From Lingula anatina (Eukaryota > Animalia > Brachiopoda), in NCBI GenBank assembly GCA_051362555.1, contig CM120641.1, forward strand, positions 3,534,001-3,598,000: a DNA stretch of 64,000 nt. The letters are read 5' to 3'. Shown here piece by piece: positions 1-14,115 of this stretch (the first letter of the stretch is position 1; each line of letters starts with the position of its first letter). Under the pieces are notes generated by a model. The model was not told the origin of the DNA and made no database searches. It saw only the letters and a program-made list of their open reading frames with translations. The position numbers and the translations under genes are program-made.

Positions 1-423
1 GATTTGCTGATTGTGTTGGCTAACTGCTCGTCTGGTAAAAAGGGAATATTAATAGGCTGTTCCCATTCCCTCCCTCTGCCCCAGGTCTCCCGCCAGCAGT
101 ATTGTTTACAGATATCTTTGAGCATCATAATAAAAAACAACAAGATGTAGATCTTATAACACGAGAGTAACAAAAAGAACAATTGGACAGGGTGTTTCAT
201 GTCAGGGTTATTCCTCGAAAACTAATTGCATTCCTAATTATTTTTAGCCACAGATAAGGAGTTCACATTGGCTGAATTCTGATATATTTGGTAATATATT
301 TGTAGCACACTGCACAGGTGTATTATATGTTAAAAAAGCACAGGCTCAGCAGTTTGTTAGATAAGGTACATGGTCCGACTGGTTAGCTAGCTGTTAGCAG
401 GGGATACTGGATACAAGTCAAGT

Positions 424-462
424 ATGCCAGAGGCCATCGTCATGGATTCAGACATTTTAGAT
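424..462 (+). CDS. Candidate alternative first coding exon (MPEAIVMDSDILD)
   Basis: ATG plus 13 codons ending GAT|GTAAGT, phase 0, matches the phase-0 acceptor at 16829. Confidence 0.55.
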
Positions 463-1747
463 GTAAGTTTGTTTGTTAACAAGTATGTTTTGATGATTAT
501 TTTGGCCATTGTTGTTTTTTTATTGTTGATTATCTTTATGATTAGACTACCCAGCAGATCTGCTGCTTCAAGAAGAGCTGCAATTTCTGGAAAAAAGTCA
601 GATTAGAAGAAATCTACATTATCAAGTGTTATGCTTCAAACCATAGGCTGTTAAGAATCAAACAAATGGTGAAATTATAATATTATGAAAACTCTTGGAG
701 AATTGTACAGGGTTAGGTAAATTGTTCATGTCCTTAGTAGTGTTGCCTTAAGTGAGATGAGGTATTGGGCTTTTTTTTTAGTCTGAAGGCATGATACAGG
801 AGGAAGGTGTGAATATGTTAAAGAGAATTTTAAAAAAATGAAATGCATTCTTGCATGTAAAATGAGCCAAATTAGTAGTCATTTTTGAGTTGCATACATA
901 GTTATGAAACATTTCTGGGTTATTTTTTTGCTACCTGCCATGTGACTAGTAATAATCTTCTTGTGTATGTGATTACCAGGTCTCATCAGAATGGTTTCAG
1001 CTAAAACACTTTAGGTTTCTATGTCAGGATGATCATCTAATCCCTCTGTAATCCCCAGATCAGCATTATGCACATGTGAGGTTGGGGAGGAGGATGACAG
1101 GAAGATTATAAAGACAAGATTGGATTGCAAGAAAGTGCCTACCTCCTAAAGTTCTAATACTTCTGAGTGTGACTGAAACATTTTTTAAGAATGCTGTTTA
1201 GAACGTGACCCTCCAACTCTCCCTGACCATCCCAGTGTGCCATATCTGTAACATGTTGTGAAAACTACCAATGTAAAAGATAGCAGGCATTCCTGGCTGA
1301 TACTGTGGGCACATCAAAGCACACATTTATACCTGGGCATTTTGAATGATATAACAACTGCAGTATGCAGAAGTACACATACTATAGAGCTATTGGAATG
1401 ATAGAGCAGTGATGGTACTGTTTGCATAGATACCAAATGTCATCATGCGAAATTATTTATGTACAGTTTTGAAGTAGGCTACACATGAAACCAGATATAT
1501 GATCTGGTAAAGTTTTATCTGGTTCATGTTGCCCTAAACCAAACAGTTTCCTGTCAGGCGTATTGTTATTGTTACCTGGTCGGGGTCTGGGTGAAATGCC
1601 TGGTTGTGGTATCCAGTATTTTAACCACATCAACTAGAGGTTAAATAGTCAGAAAAACTGTTTGCTGTACACACATTTTGGTTGCTGTTCCTGATGTGAT
1701 CTCTCACAATTTTTGTTCAGTAATTCTTTCTCTTTCTCTCTTTCAGC

Positions 1748-1842
1748 ATACACACATCTGCACACACAGTCACACAAATACACACACACACATGCACGCA
1801 TGCATGCACGCACACACACACACACTCTCTTTCACACACACA
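1748..1842. repeat. CA-rich microsatellite
   Basis: Interrupted (CA)n runs. Confidence 0.8.
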
Positions 1843-3362
1843 GTGTTCAATTAGAATGTAAATCAGAAGCATCGTGACTTATTACAACAAAAATTACATA
1901 GAGATTTCAATTAATAATCAAATTCACATCTATAATTAGTTTTAGATACTTGGCCCTTAGTTTTAAAAAGGCCAAGTTATCAGCATGTGGACATTTCGAA
2001 GTTGTCTAGTGTGATGTGGGAAGTATCCTGTGATAACTAGAGATAGTATAGTGGTGTTAATTGCTGTATGTACTTCACTGTATCTAAGAGGCTTTGCATA
2101 CAATAGACTGACAAGGGAAAGATTTCATGTAATGTTGGGTAACAGATATTTGTTTCAGCTCCATGTAACATTTTGGCCTTGGCATTTTTGCCTGATAGAC
2201 TTTCTACCAGCTAGACAATGATGCCTGGTTTATGTTATTTTGTTATTTTAGCCTTAATAGCCTTAATATTAAACATGGTAAAGTCAAATGTGAACATTGT
2301 ACAAAAAGCATGTGGAAAGACAGAAAAAATGATTTTTTCTACATATTTGCCCTTTACTTGTTTGCATGTAGGAGCTGTGTAGTCTCCCAAATGGATGATT
2401 TTGTGTATTTACAGTTAGGGAGATTGTATCAAACCAAAGGATGTGGTAGCAATTCTGTTTTCATTATCAAAGAGGAAAGCTCATGATTCATTGAGTTTAG
2501 TTGGATTGTGAAACCTGATAAAACAGACACAGAATCCACTTTTGCCTGCAGCTGGGCTCTAAACGTATTGATTTTTACCAGTTAATGTCCCACTGAGAAA
2601 ACCATCCATCACTCCATATGTTATTTAGGGGTTTGTGTTCTAGTTTATAGATGGCAGCACCAGTATGAAAATTAATGAAAGATGAAAAGGAGAGATTATG
2701 GATGTGGTACAAGATAAATTAGTGATGTTAGTTAGCAACTAATTATATCTAAAAAAATAAGAGAAACAAAAGTTTTGGTCTCAAAAATGAGATGGTATGC
2801 TTGTAAGACAACTACAAACCTTATACTCCACTCTCCTCTGATACTTTTTTTTTCTTTTCAGCCAGACGGGTATTTTTTTCCCCGAGCCAACATGTTCTTT
2901 TCTCAAAATCAAACTCCTCTCTGCAGAATTGCTTGCCATCAATGATTATAGTTTCTACCTGTGAAGTTAACCTGTTTTCATTCCCTAGACATAAGACTAC
3001 TTAGGAGAAGGAAAACAGTTCAGTCTCTGAGGACTAAAAACAGAGACAGTTGTCTGTAAACCCCTTTGGTGATTGCCAGAATCGCATGTTTCATGAGTGG
3101 AATTGTTAGGTCCTTTTCAGTTTTATAATTAAATTTGATATAGATATCATTTACACTTAACTGACTTATTTTGACAGAAGAATGTGATGGTTGCACCATA
3201 ATGTCAAGCAGCAAATTGTTTGGTATAATTTCTTGTAATTTTAAGTCTTACACTAATTTATGAATTTTGTTGTACTTGTAAATGGGAAATTTGAATGGGT
3301 AGATTTTTTAAAAACTTTTTTTTTTGAAAATATTGATGATTGTTATTCTACCTGAAAAAAGC

Positions 3363-3364
3363 AT

Positions 3365-3395
<31 letters not shown>

Positions 3396-3397
3396 TT
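3363..3397. repeat. (TTTA)n microsatellite
   Basis: Direct reading. Confidence 0.9.
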
Positions 3398-4105
3398 GAG
3401 TCTTTATTTGAAAATAAAATAATTTCAATAAAAATGATGTTTTTATCAGTTTTTGATTAAGTCAGACTTAGAAACTATCCCTCTGGTAATCGCGGTAATT
3501 CTGCTTTTGTCAGATGTCAATTGAAGTGTAATAGAAACCTTGTCTGCATGCAATACGGCAATCAATGCTGTTGTCTGGCCAAGTTCCCTCGAATCACAAG
3601 AACAATAGAAGCAGAATTCTCTGCATAATTTTTTCAAACTTCGATTTGACTTTTGACATTTTACCACTCTTGAAATCTATTCACAGCTGAAATGTGTGGT
3701 AATCAAGTATCAGCCTTACAGCATATGCCAATAACAATTTGAGCAAGAATAGACCACACTTATTTTTTTTTCTCTCTCTCAGAGTTTTTGCTCAGACAGG
3801 ATATTGCTGTGTATTGGTCTTGATGATTAACATATCGCAGAAGAATAGAAGGCGTCCTGCTGAATCCACCACTCTGCAACAAACCTATTAAATATCTAAT
3901 GTAAAATATTGATCAGCAGTCAGGACTGTGAAAATCACGCCCGACCAAAGACAGGCTTGAAACAGGAACGAGATAGAAAGAGAGAGAGAGAACTACGCAG
4001 TTGAACACTCACTGCAAACAAGCGAGCACGCCGTTCCAAAATGGCAGGCTGATGGTATCAGGGGTTTGTTTTCCTGCCTGATCAATAATAATACAGTACA
4101 GCACC

Positions 4106-4114
4106 ATGACACAG
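4106..4114 (+). CDS. Candidate alternative first coding exon end (MTQ)
   Basis: CACC-ATG ACA CAG|GTAAGC: good Kozak context, strong donor, phase 0. Confidence 0.45.
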
Positions 4115-4434
4115 GTAAGCAGAGAGAAATGGAGATCAGGAAAAAGGAAATTTGCCATTGTGAATAGGTAACTTAACTGAGACCTTACCAAAACAATACA
4201 GGTATGATATAGATTGGTTTAATAGGTAGGCATCGATAAAAATGAAGATATTCGAGGCAGTTTTAGACAGGTTTCCAGCTAAGTGTTATTGAATACAATA
4301 TTTGGCTCGATAGGGCAGTATTTAAAAAAAGGGATGGTAAGATAAAGGATATTTAGAAAAAAAGAATTGAAAATAGCTGATAAACAACAACTGCTCCTCA
4401 GAAATATACAGAATTGTACAAAGTTAACGGAAAA

Positions 4435-4656
4435 ATGCCAAAATCCACCGTTGCCCAAGACGAGTGGGCTCACAGATGGCGCTACAGGTTGGATGCACAG
4501 CAAAACACCATCCTTGCCTCGGAGTTCTTAACCTTGGTGTACCTGTTCAGCAAAGATGAAGATGAGGCTGGACCGATGGACCTCGGCCAATCTTTGGACA
4601 GTTCTCAAGGTCACTGTTCAGGTCACTCTGGCCAAGCTGCAGGACAAGGCAATATG
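4435..4656 (+). CDS. Candidate alternative first coding exon (MPKSTVAQDEW...GQGNM, 74 aa)
   Basis: GC-richer open island in AT-rich DNA, AAAA-ATG, ends ATG|GTATAC in phase 0. Confidence 0.45.
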
Positions 4657-6958
4657 GTATACCAGTTGTGATTAGAAATTACACAATGCTTACTCATTTA
4701 ACACTCCAGTTATTGATGCAATTAATTTATTTTTATAGTAATAGTGAAGTTATAAAAAGATTGGGAACAGATTCAGGTTGCAAATATAATGCTTGGGTGT
4801 TGCATGTGATTTTATAAGTAATAAGTAATGCACTAATTTCTGAAGACTTGTTGAAAAAATAAGCAATAATACACCATTCCTTCTGGCTCTGTAAGGTAAT
4901 CCATGATACCTCAAGCCCATATTGTACACAGGCTGCTGTAATACCAGCAGATTAGCAAGGATGTCATGTCACACTTGACAACATTGCATGATTGCTGTGT
5001 AGTTCACATTCTAGTCATGTCTCGGCCAAAGTGAAGGTGGAGGCGGTGGGAGTATTAACTTGTCGAACAACTTTATTCAACGAGATAATTCTGAAGAAAC
5101 TGGGTTATTTCCTTAAACATGAAGGCGTGTACTTGAGAGAATATACGATAGCATTGTATGTGTGGGTTAAAGTATCCAAGTAGATAAGAAGAGCAAATAA
5201 GTACGGATGACAGACATCAGACAGGGCAAACAGATTGTGGGCGATGTCTTCATGTTAACTTTTCTGAGCAATTTTAGTATTAATTTGTGTTTTTTATATT
5301 TTTTTTTATTTGTTCAGAATGCTTTTTTAAAGAGATTCTGGAAAGAATGGAATGCTAAAAGAAAAAATAAGATCTTATAGTAGTTTACCAAACAGATGAA
5401 CATATTTCAACATATATGGGGCATTCTGTTTGTTATATTGCCTTCTATTAATATATTTCCTGTTTATAAGAATTCAATTTGCTGCTTTAATAATAGCCCC
5501 CCCCCCAAAAAAAAAAAAAAATATGGAAAGTGTTACTAATAAATACTATAATTTACGAGCGGCAAATGCTAATAATTTATCCTAAAAAAAAGTTGAAAAA
5601 AATGCGAAGTCCTTCATATGACATGAATGGTGCCACTTGCATTCTAAGCACCCTTGTGATCTACACATATGAGTAATGCTATGTAGTGTTCTTGGAGCCA
5701 GTTATTGGGTTTAGTCATGTAGCTCCCAGCAGTAGCAGCAAACAAGTAGACTTGCAATTTCACAATTTCATGGGAAGGTGGAGCCACTGTTTGCCATGTT
5801 GTCTTATCTAGGCTGTTAGTCCTCTCTTTTATCGCAGATACCAACGAAGTAGTTCTTCACTTAATCAGAAATCCACTTTTTTGTAGCATTAACAATTTTA
5901 GTGGCTGGTGGCCTGAAAAAAAGTGAAATGCGAAGTAAATGTAAATCTTTCTGGGAATGTTAACAACTGCCTTTGTTTCTGCATTTGTACCAATATAGTT
6001 TGATAAACATTAAATGTTTGTATTTTTGTATAAAATTATTTTGATGAGAGATTGCTTTTTAGTTTCATACCCCATGACAACACTAACATGCATTTAAGGC
6101 AAATATATAAGAGAAGAGACCAGCTAGGTTAGAATAAAATCGATACATGGAAATAAAGATGGAGGCTACAGATTTGCATCGACATTAACATTTACATTAA
6201 CATCTAAGTGATATCATCCAAGGATAAATTAACTTGCAGTTTGATAAAAAAAATCTTAATAACAAAAGAATAGTGCCTCCTAATGGGAAAAACATCATGA
6301 AAGATGCTACTTATCTTGGCATCTTCTGCACATGCAATTTATATTTGTCAAAGCAAAGCAATCTGATGTTGTCTAATGGAAAAAAAGGGCTTGTTAAGGT
6401 TTATCACTATTCAGGATATTTGGTTATCTCTTAAATGAACTGCTGTCAGAATGGATATTAAATAACGCCAGGACATGGTATCCCTTGATGGTCATTGTGT
6501 TTGCAAGGCTTTATAATTAAATTAAGGGTTGCTGGAATTGCATAATTAATTCCTATGATGTCAAGACTATCAAATACATGAGGTTTGTTCTGACAGCATG
6601 TACTTAATATTCTTATAAATACAAAAAGAAACAAATTTTGTCTAAAGGAAAGGCAATTAACTGGTGTGAAATGTTATGTAAATAGGTGAGATCTATTGTG
6701 TATAGGTGATAGTTCAGGTATTGGGTTAACAGATGGCCTTTGGTCCTTATTTTTCGTTCAAATAATATGCCATTGATTGATAGCCTGGCATGACTTGCTC
6801 TAAGATGCTAATTGTGAAGCATTTATCTATACATGGGCCCTTTCTCCTCCAGGCTACTGAGTAGACTTGGATGTATAAACATTATAAATGTGTGCTGAGA
6901 ATCAATAGAGCTGAGACATGATGTGAAAGGTGTGTCAGAAGATTTTTGCTGAGAGAAA

Positions 6959-7120
6959 ATGACAACTTTGTTTATACCAGCGACAGTGCATCATGTTTTA
7001 GAAAAACGGCAGCAGCAGCAGCAGAAGACGTGGTCGCCAGCTTCGCGTCTTGGGCCTACTAGGGGGGCATTGGATCAGCAGTGGCCCCACCATCAGCCCA
7101 CCCCTGCCAGTCACAAACAG
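6959..7120 (+). CDS. Candidate alternative first coding exon (MTTLFIP...poly-Q...SHKQ, 54 aa)
   Basis: GC-rich open island with CAG repeat, ends CAG|GTCGGG in phase 0. Confidence 0.5.
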
Positions 7121-9824
7121 GTCGGGCAGAGATTGACACGATTAAGTTTCGGTTATTTTATCATTGTTTTACATGTATTTTGTGGATTGGAGTAAATCAA
7201 GAATGTTTCGAATTTTTTTCTTGTGATGCATTCAATTTGATGAAGGTTGACCTTCATTTTTCTTTGCACAGTTTCTTTTTGATGATCTAGGTGTGTAGGG
7301 AAGCCAGAATGTCGCACATTGCAGTTTCACTTTCTGTTTACAATTTACAGGTATATTTTCTCAAGCATGCGCATTTCACTGGTAGGATATTTGATTAAAC
7401 AGATGATATACTCTACTTATCCTCCATGCACTTTTTGATTCATCTTTAAACCACCTGAGGGAAAGGTTTTTGTATGGCAGCACCTGGACCGTCTTCTTCA
7501 TTAGAGATCAATAATACAACATCACAAATAGACTTGTCTATTATTCCCTGAGTCCATTCATTACAGGTAAACGATGTTCATCCATTAATGAATTTACACA
7601 GTGAAAATGGAGGAAGTGGAAAGGAGAACATAAAAGCAGTAGGCTGATGTACTTGGCTTTCGAGTGTTTTTACCAATTCAGCTACCAAATGGAAAAGGGC
7701 AGTATAGGGGCAGCAGTTTAATGATGTGTTCAACGAATCTGACTAGTTTGTATTGATCAGCAGGTTGAAAAGATGGAGAATAGATTATAGAAATGAAGTA
7801 AAACTGGAGATTGTCTTATTTTTGGGTATCTATTTTGAAGCTTTTTTTTTTTGTTAATCTATCATTATTTTGTTGCTAGCTCTCTAAGTCTTTAAATGGT
7901 GAGTATTTTTATGCCAAATATATCACCAAGAGATTCTTAGTTTCCTAGTTTGATATGAACACTTCAATTTTGAAGGCATATTAAGAGTAAATTTCCAACT
8001 TTGACAGATCATTTTATTGGTACACATAAATTTATCAGCAGGTGGATAAGTTCTTCAGTATTGTTATGACGTGGAACAATACGTGGAAGGTCAGGACTGT
8101 AGTGGAACTCACCTTGAGGAAGGAGACATCCAGTGCTGTTACTGAAAAGTATTGTACATAAATCATTTTCACTTATCCTATGAGTGGTGACAATGCCATT
8201 TGGTTTGGACAGAGGAAAAAAAAACTTTGAATAACTGGTAAAAAGGCAGGTGTCAGGCCTGTGAAAAGGGGAAAGGGGAGGGAAGGGGGGGTTGCTCTTT
8301 TGGCTGGAAAAGGTCTGCTCTGAATCAAAAATTGATCTGGGTACTATTTTATTTCTCAAATTGGGCCAGCTAAGAGAGTGAAAGGGCCCAATTTTTCTAT
8401 TTAAAATTCCTTTGAAATCACTTGGAATTGACCTGGCTTTAGACCTGGGTTGCAGTAGATGGTTTATGTGTTGATTTCCCTAGTGGATATATGCAGCCAT
8501 AGCTGACGACATCAATGTAGTCTTGAGTTAGCATGGATAAACCCAGCCATAAGCAGTGACCTGTGTGCAAATAATGCCAAGGGAATACGTTTTGAAAAGA
8601 GCTTGATGAGATAAAATGGTGCAAGAGAAGTGATAATGATACGGCCGTTATCAAGAACAGAAAAAGTAGCAGCTATTCAAAGCAGGAAAACTGCATATCG
8701 GACTGATTACCCACCTCGTAATCATAAATCATTCATTTGCACCTAAAGAAAAATTGCAACCTTGCTCATGCAACCTCATATATTTCTGTATATAAATGAT
8801 TTATAAACTGATAAAATTTGTGATATTTAAAGGGAATTGATTGACAAAAAATACTAGCGATGTAAGGTTTTCACCCAAGTGTTTTCACCCATTTGATCAA
8901 TCCTATTATATGTAATGATAGGCTAAAGGCTAGTTTTGTTGGGATTTGCTAGAGGAGCATTTTATCGATTTTGGATGTTAATTTTTCAAGAAAACATAGA
9001 TTACGCATGCTAGATCTTGAGTCTGTCAGCTGGTATTCAGCTGTTGTGCACTATATACCTCAACATTTCCCTGCTGCACAGTTGCCGCCGCGTCACTTCG
9101 TATTGATCACAGCTTAAAATAAGCAGTTTCTTTACAGGCAGATCAACTGAGGCAGAAAAAGCGGCATGGATATTCAATAGAGCAAGCCCAGACATTTGAG
9201 ATAAAGAAAATTTAGTTATAACATTGACTTTGTTAGCCAGTGAACCATGAGAAATTACAAAGTTGCAAATCCAACATTTTACTGCTTATTTGTTTGTTTG
9301 GTGCATTTGCATATAAAGACACAAATATAAGAAAAACAGAAAAAAAAATGTTTCTTTTAATATAATGGAGCTAGAATTATTTATGAGAAATGAATCAGAA
9401 TTAAAATAGAGATAAAAAAAATACAGAAGTTCAGTAGAGACTTTTTAAAAAATTGAAACGTCAGTTTTTGTTTAAATGTTTGTTTTCTCTGCATAGATAT
9501 GGCCAATCCCTGTCTGCTCCAACCTTTCCATAGATCATGCAAACATCTGCAACTCCAGTCAGATGCAATGATTATAAAATAAGGTTGAAAGTGACTGTAT
9601 ATTGATGGTATTTCAGTCATTACAGCACCGATTTGGTGAAAAACAAGAAATGTAGCCAATACAAAACAAATGCCAGGTTAACTGCAGCACCCCCACTGCC
9701 CCCACCCCCACCCTGCTCGCACAACACCAAACACACACACAATACTCTCTACTTTTGGCTTATGCTAGATGTTTTTTGCCTTACATGAATTAGTAACTGG
9801 GCATTGAAAAAGTACCACAAGACA

Positions 9825-9836
9825 ATGGAGGCTTTA
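9825..9836 (+). CDS. Candidate alternative first coding exon end (MEAL)
   Basis: ACA-ATG-G Kozak, TTA|GTAAGT donor, phase 0; very short so chance occurrence is possible. Confidence 0.3.
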
Positions 9837-12800
9837 GTAAGTATCATCTGTGGTGAAATAATTTCAGTTAAGTTAGTGCACTTCTGCCTGTGAATGGCCC
9901 CAGTTTTATTGATCTGCTAATTATGTTCTGGAGCAAAGTGGAGTAATTTTGAAAACTGACAGTCAATTAGGACTGTATGTATTCTAAGAGTGTCTGGTAT
10001 CTCATTTACCAAGTGTCTTATAAAAATTGCTTTGGCTTGTATCTAGGTTATTATGTGAGAGAGAATTCTATTAGTCAGAAACTTTATTTGCATTTTCCAT
10101 TTGTCTGTGAAGAATGGAGACTTGATCTGTGCTTTTCAATGTAGTGCTGTTGTATGGAACACAGTTCTCAGAAATAATGAAACAATGCCTGACCTAATAA
10201 ATTTTTGTGAGATAACACAATATTTTGCTGAGTAGTGAAGAGTGAAACAGTGGTAACAGATATCTTTTAAATCACAACTGATATTGTTTATAATAAGAAA
10301 GGCATTATAAATTGGCACATTGATAGATCAGATATGTCATTTCAGCTGGTAGCAGATTGTATAGGTTGGCCATGCTTGATTACCACTTCAAGTGTATCCT
10401 ATTAATAGAGTAGCTCGATTATTTCCCATCTGTGTCGTAAGAATAATTTTGCTATATAACTGACGAACATTGATATAAATATGCACGCCCTTGCCAACGC
10501 GTCTGATCAATAATGGTTATCAGCGCTTTAACTTCCATTGGTTTAGGATGGGTCTTCTTGAGGTCCAACAAGTTTATCAACCAGAGTTCCCTAGATTATG
10601 GGGAAACAGTGCTCCGTTATCATTTATGCCTCAGAAATCTAGAAATTAGAAATGGCAAAAACATGCTGATAATAGACTGAGGTGCGTTTCCAGAAACCTT
10701 TGAAGGCCAGATTGTCTGCCAGGCAATCTAAGAGTATAACCAGAGCAGGATCGTCTCAGAGATTCTAAGGAAATTATTCCTCCCTCGTGTTAAAATTCCG
10801 TGCAGTGTCTAATAATTCTTATACAGTTGCTCAATAAGCACCATGATGTAAGACTCCCAGAGAAAATCAATACCTCGTTTTCTCAGGGATATGGATAGCA
10901 TCACACTCAGCTACATATTGATAATAAAATAACTGGGAAATAGAAAGGCATACTAGGTGCAGGTATAATCCTATTCTTTACACTCAGCCAGGTGAGAGAG
11001 AGTGTCCTTTGTGTGATTTTTTCTCCCTGATGGATTCATTGAAAACTTTACATGTACTTTAGTGTGGCAATCATGGATGTATTGGTGGATTGTCCCTGGT
11101 GGAACAAGTGGCATGTGTGCCTGCAGGAACTATTATGCTAATGTTCCAGTGGGTTGCCAAAGCTGGGATCAATACTTGAGATGAGAGAGAATAGAATTGG
11201 TTGGCTGTTTGGATAGTCAGACAGAGAAGTGTCTAGGTGCTGCCCACTCTCTCTCTCTCTCTCTCACTTAGTGAGAGGAAGACGGTTGGAGGATCAATTT
11301 TTCCTGACCAGGGTACGAGGTAGACGTTGTCAAGCTGGCCAGAGAGAAGATGGACCAGGTTGTTGTATCATTATAGCTGGAACAGTTGTTATAGCATCAT
11401 GTTGGCTTCTCAGACCTCGGATTCCATCAGTACTAAGGATAATGTTCTGGTAAATTATTCCTTATTTTATAATTAATCTGATATTTCTTTCAGCAGTAAC
11501 AGCAGCAGGGAAAGATTTATTCTTTTATTTCTTGGTTTTTCTGAAGTTGATAAGTACTATACTGCGATGTTGAGATGTTTGAGAAGGCCATTGTGGAACA
11601 TTGCAAAGGTATGGTTTGCTTTCTGTTTGCCTAGTTGTCAAAATAGCAAGGACGTTTTTGAAGGTTCTTTTTGATTGTGGATTCTGAATATGTAAGTTGG
11701 TACACTTGTTTACTTGAAAAAAAAAACAATTTGGCTTGCCTATGTTAAGCTTTTCACAAAATTCATAATTCAGGAGTTTTTTGCCAGACATGCCACTCCT
11801 AGCATTGCAAAATACTTGATTTTGAGTGTGTAAGTGAAAAATTCCCAGTTTTAGCCCCAAAATGCATGTAATGATGGAAATTTAGGAAATGAATGTAGAT
11901 ATTATTGCTTGTTGATATACATAGAAAAATAGGAAATTACTTCATAGCTGGCCTTCAAATGTGATCATTTTGGGTCTGGTTTCACAGCAAAACTTATGCC
12001 AGAAAGATGGAATTAATTTTAGTTATTTTTGACCGAAGCTAAGTCAGCAGAAGTCTACAATGGAAAACTGCACCTGTTTTGTAAATAAAAAGACATAAAG
12101 CTCACTTTTTAGACCAATAGTCACTTTATTTTTATGAAGTAAAATAAATTTATCCTGAATTGAAGAAGACTTAAATTTTCCAGTCTTAAAGTTAAGACTG
12201 TCTTTCCATCATAGTCTTCTTGTCAAGCCTGCTCCAGAACTGAGTACTAATGTGGTAGAGAGGGCAGCACACCCAGTGGGCAAAATTTTGGCACCTCCAG
12301 GATTAAGTGCAATGTGCCCTCCTGGTAGAAGAGGAACAACTAACAGAGTCTGGCACTTTGCTAACATGTTCAGGCAATGGCCTCAGTTTACCTGGAACAA
12401 GTCGAAGACTCAGAGGCATTTCTGTATTGATAATGTGTCCATTTAATACTATAAATAGATCTAGCTTGTATCACCAGGAGACAGCATCTCACCAAGGCTC
12501 AGAGTTGCAATTTGCACAACATTTAGATATCTTTAACTGGATGAAATACATGGTGTCCAATATTTACCTGCTCCTGTTGTTTATCCTTCGAACCTTTTTT
12601 GTTCAACCCTCTGTCTCTCCCTCATTCTCAAGTCTCTCTCTCTCTCTATATCTTTCTCCACAAACACACACACTCACACACATGCACGCATGCGCATGCT
12701 CACACATATACATACACACGGTCCCAGTTAACTGCTAGAAGATTAATGCATTTACAAATAGTTAGTGGGTACATTTGCACCTCTAGATTATAGTTTTGTA

Positions 12801-14088
12801 TTTTATTTTATACATATCAAAGCTACACCTGTGATACAATACATTGAGGAGACACTCATAATAAGATTCTATGGAAGACAGATATTCTAGTCTGTCATTA
12901 ACACATTGTTGGCACATGTGCGTGATAATGGCGTGGACATGTGTGTGATAATGACGTGGACATGCTGCCCTGCATCAGACATAAGCCCTTTAAGACAGTT
13001 CTAGGAAAGAAGTTGATTGAGTAAGTTAATTGAATTCAAAATCTGGTTTTCAAATCAATACACACAAAGTAGACCATCTGACATGCCACATTCACACATT
13101 CCCATTATAATTATTATTTATGATAGCTATAATTATTTATCAATTATTAAATTTTTGTATCAAGAATTTCTTGGTACTTGCAGACAGGTAGGATGAAAAA
13201 AATCAACCCACCATAAATTTATTAGTGGAGTTTAATAATGAACTGTCAAATGTTGCTGTGCCTCATTACCCAAAGATCCAATAAAGGGCTGTCTGCAGCT
13301 GTGGAGAGTGATGCTATCTGCTTGATACACACCAGAATCCAGACTATCAGGATTTGTCAGTTCCTCCCCTCCCCTCCCTTCATATATATATCAGCCCCCT
13401 TCTTCATCAACGCCTAGATTTTCATTTCACACCAGATAACAACAGAGGAGAGCAGTGTGTGGAGGTTTGTTATTAAAAGCAAATGTGCTTCAGTTTGTTT
13501 TATCATCTGGTGGACCTGTGAGTCTCTCCTCCTAGTCTGCTGGACTTGTGTTTTCATAGAGTTGGGCATCTGAGGCCAGTGGCATAAGTCCAGATTGGAC
13601 ATGTGGTATTCTTTAAAGATGTCCTGTGTTTGAAACAGTCTTGAGGATGAGCCAACATGTTGGAGTTGTTATGATATTAGAATGAAATTCTTGTTGAAAA
13701 GGAGCTGTAGTAGTCATTGATGACTCCTTAACCTCTGCCCTCTGACCTCTGACCTGCCACTAGAACAGAGGATCTGATTGGCTCATATGTAGATGGTGCA
13801 CCCAAAAAGGAAAGCAGTCCCAACAGCCCCATGTGAAATCTGACGCCTGCAGCTGCTCAGAAAACTTCAGCTTGGGTTTTGCCGGTCCCAAGTTATTTAT
13901 AGACCAAACCAGCACGATGGCTCGGTGGTAAAAGGTACATGGGGTTGGAAGTAGAATTCCTGCTCAGCTGATTCCATTTCACTGGACTTCTTTACACTGT
14001 GGATATAAATATTATATATTATTTCGAGGTTCAAGTTGACTTAGTTCAAGACTGATAGAACAGACTTTAGGATTTGATGGTGTGAAGG

Positions 14089-14115
14089 ATGTTCAAGAAG
14101 ATAAAAGAATCGTGG
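14089..14115 (+). CDS. Candidate alternative first coding exon end (MFKKIKESW)
   Basis: ATG plus 9 codons ending TGG|GTAAGT, phase 0. Confidence 0.5.

Noticed and set aside
2862-2869. 8-nt AG/GT-bounded segment after a strong pyrimidine tract
   Set aside because: Not a multiple of three, so it cannot be a coding microexon in a phase-0 intron
11350-11358. ATG GAC CAG|GTTGTT as another first exon
   Set aside because: Weak donor and too short to distinguish from chance
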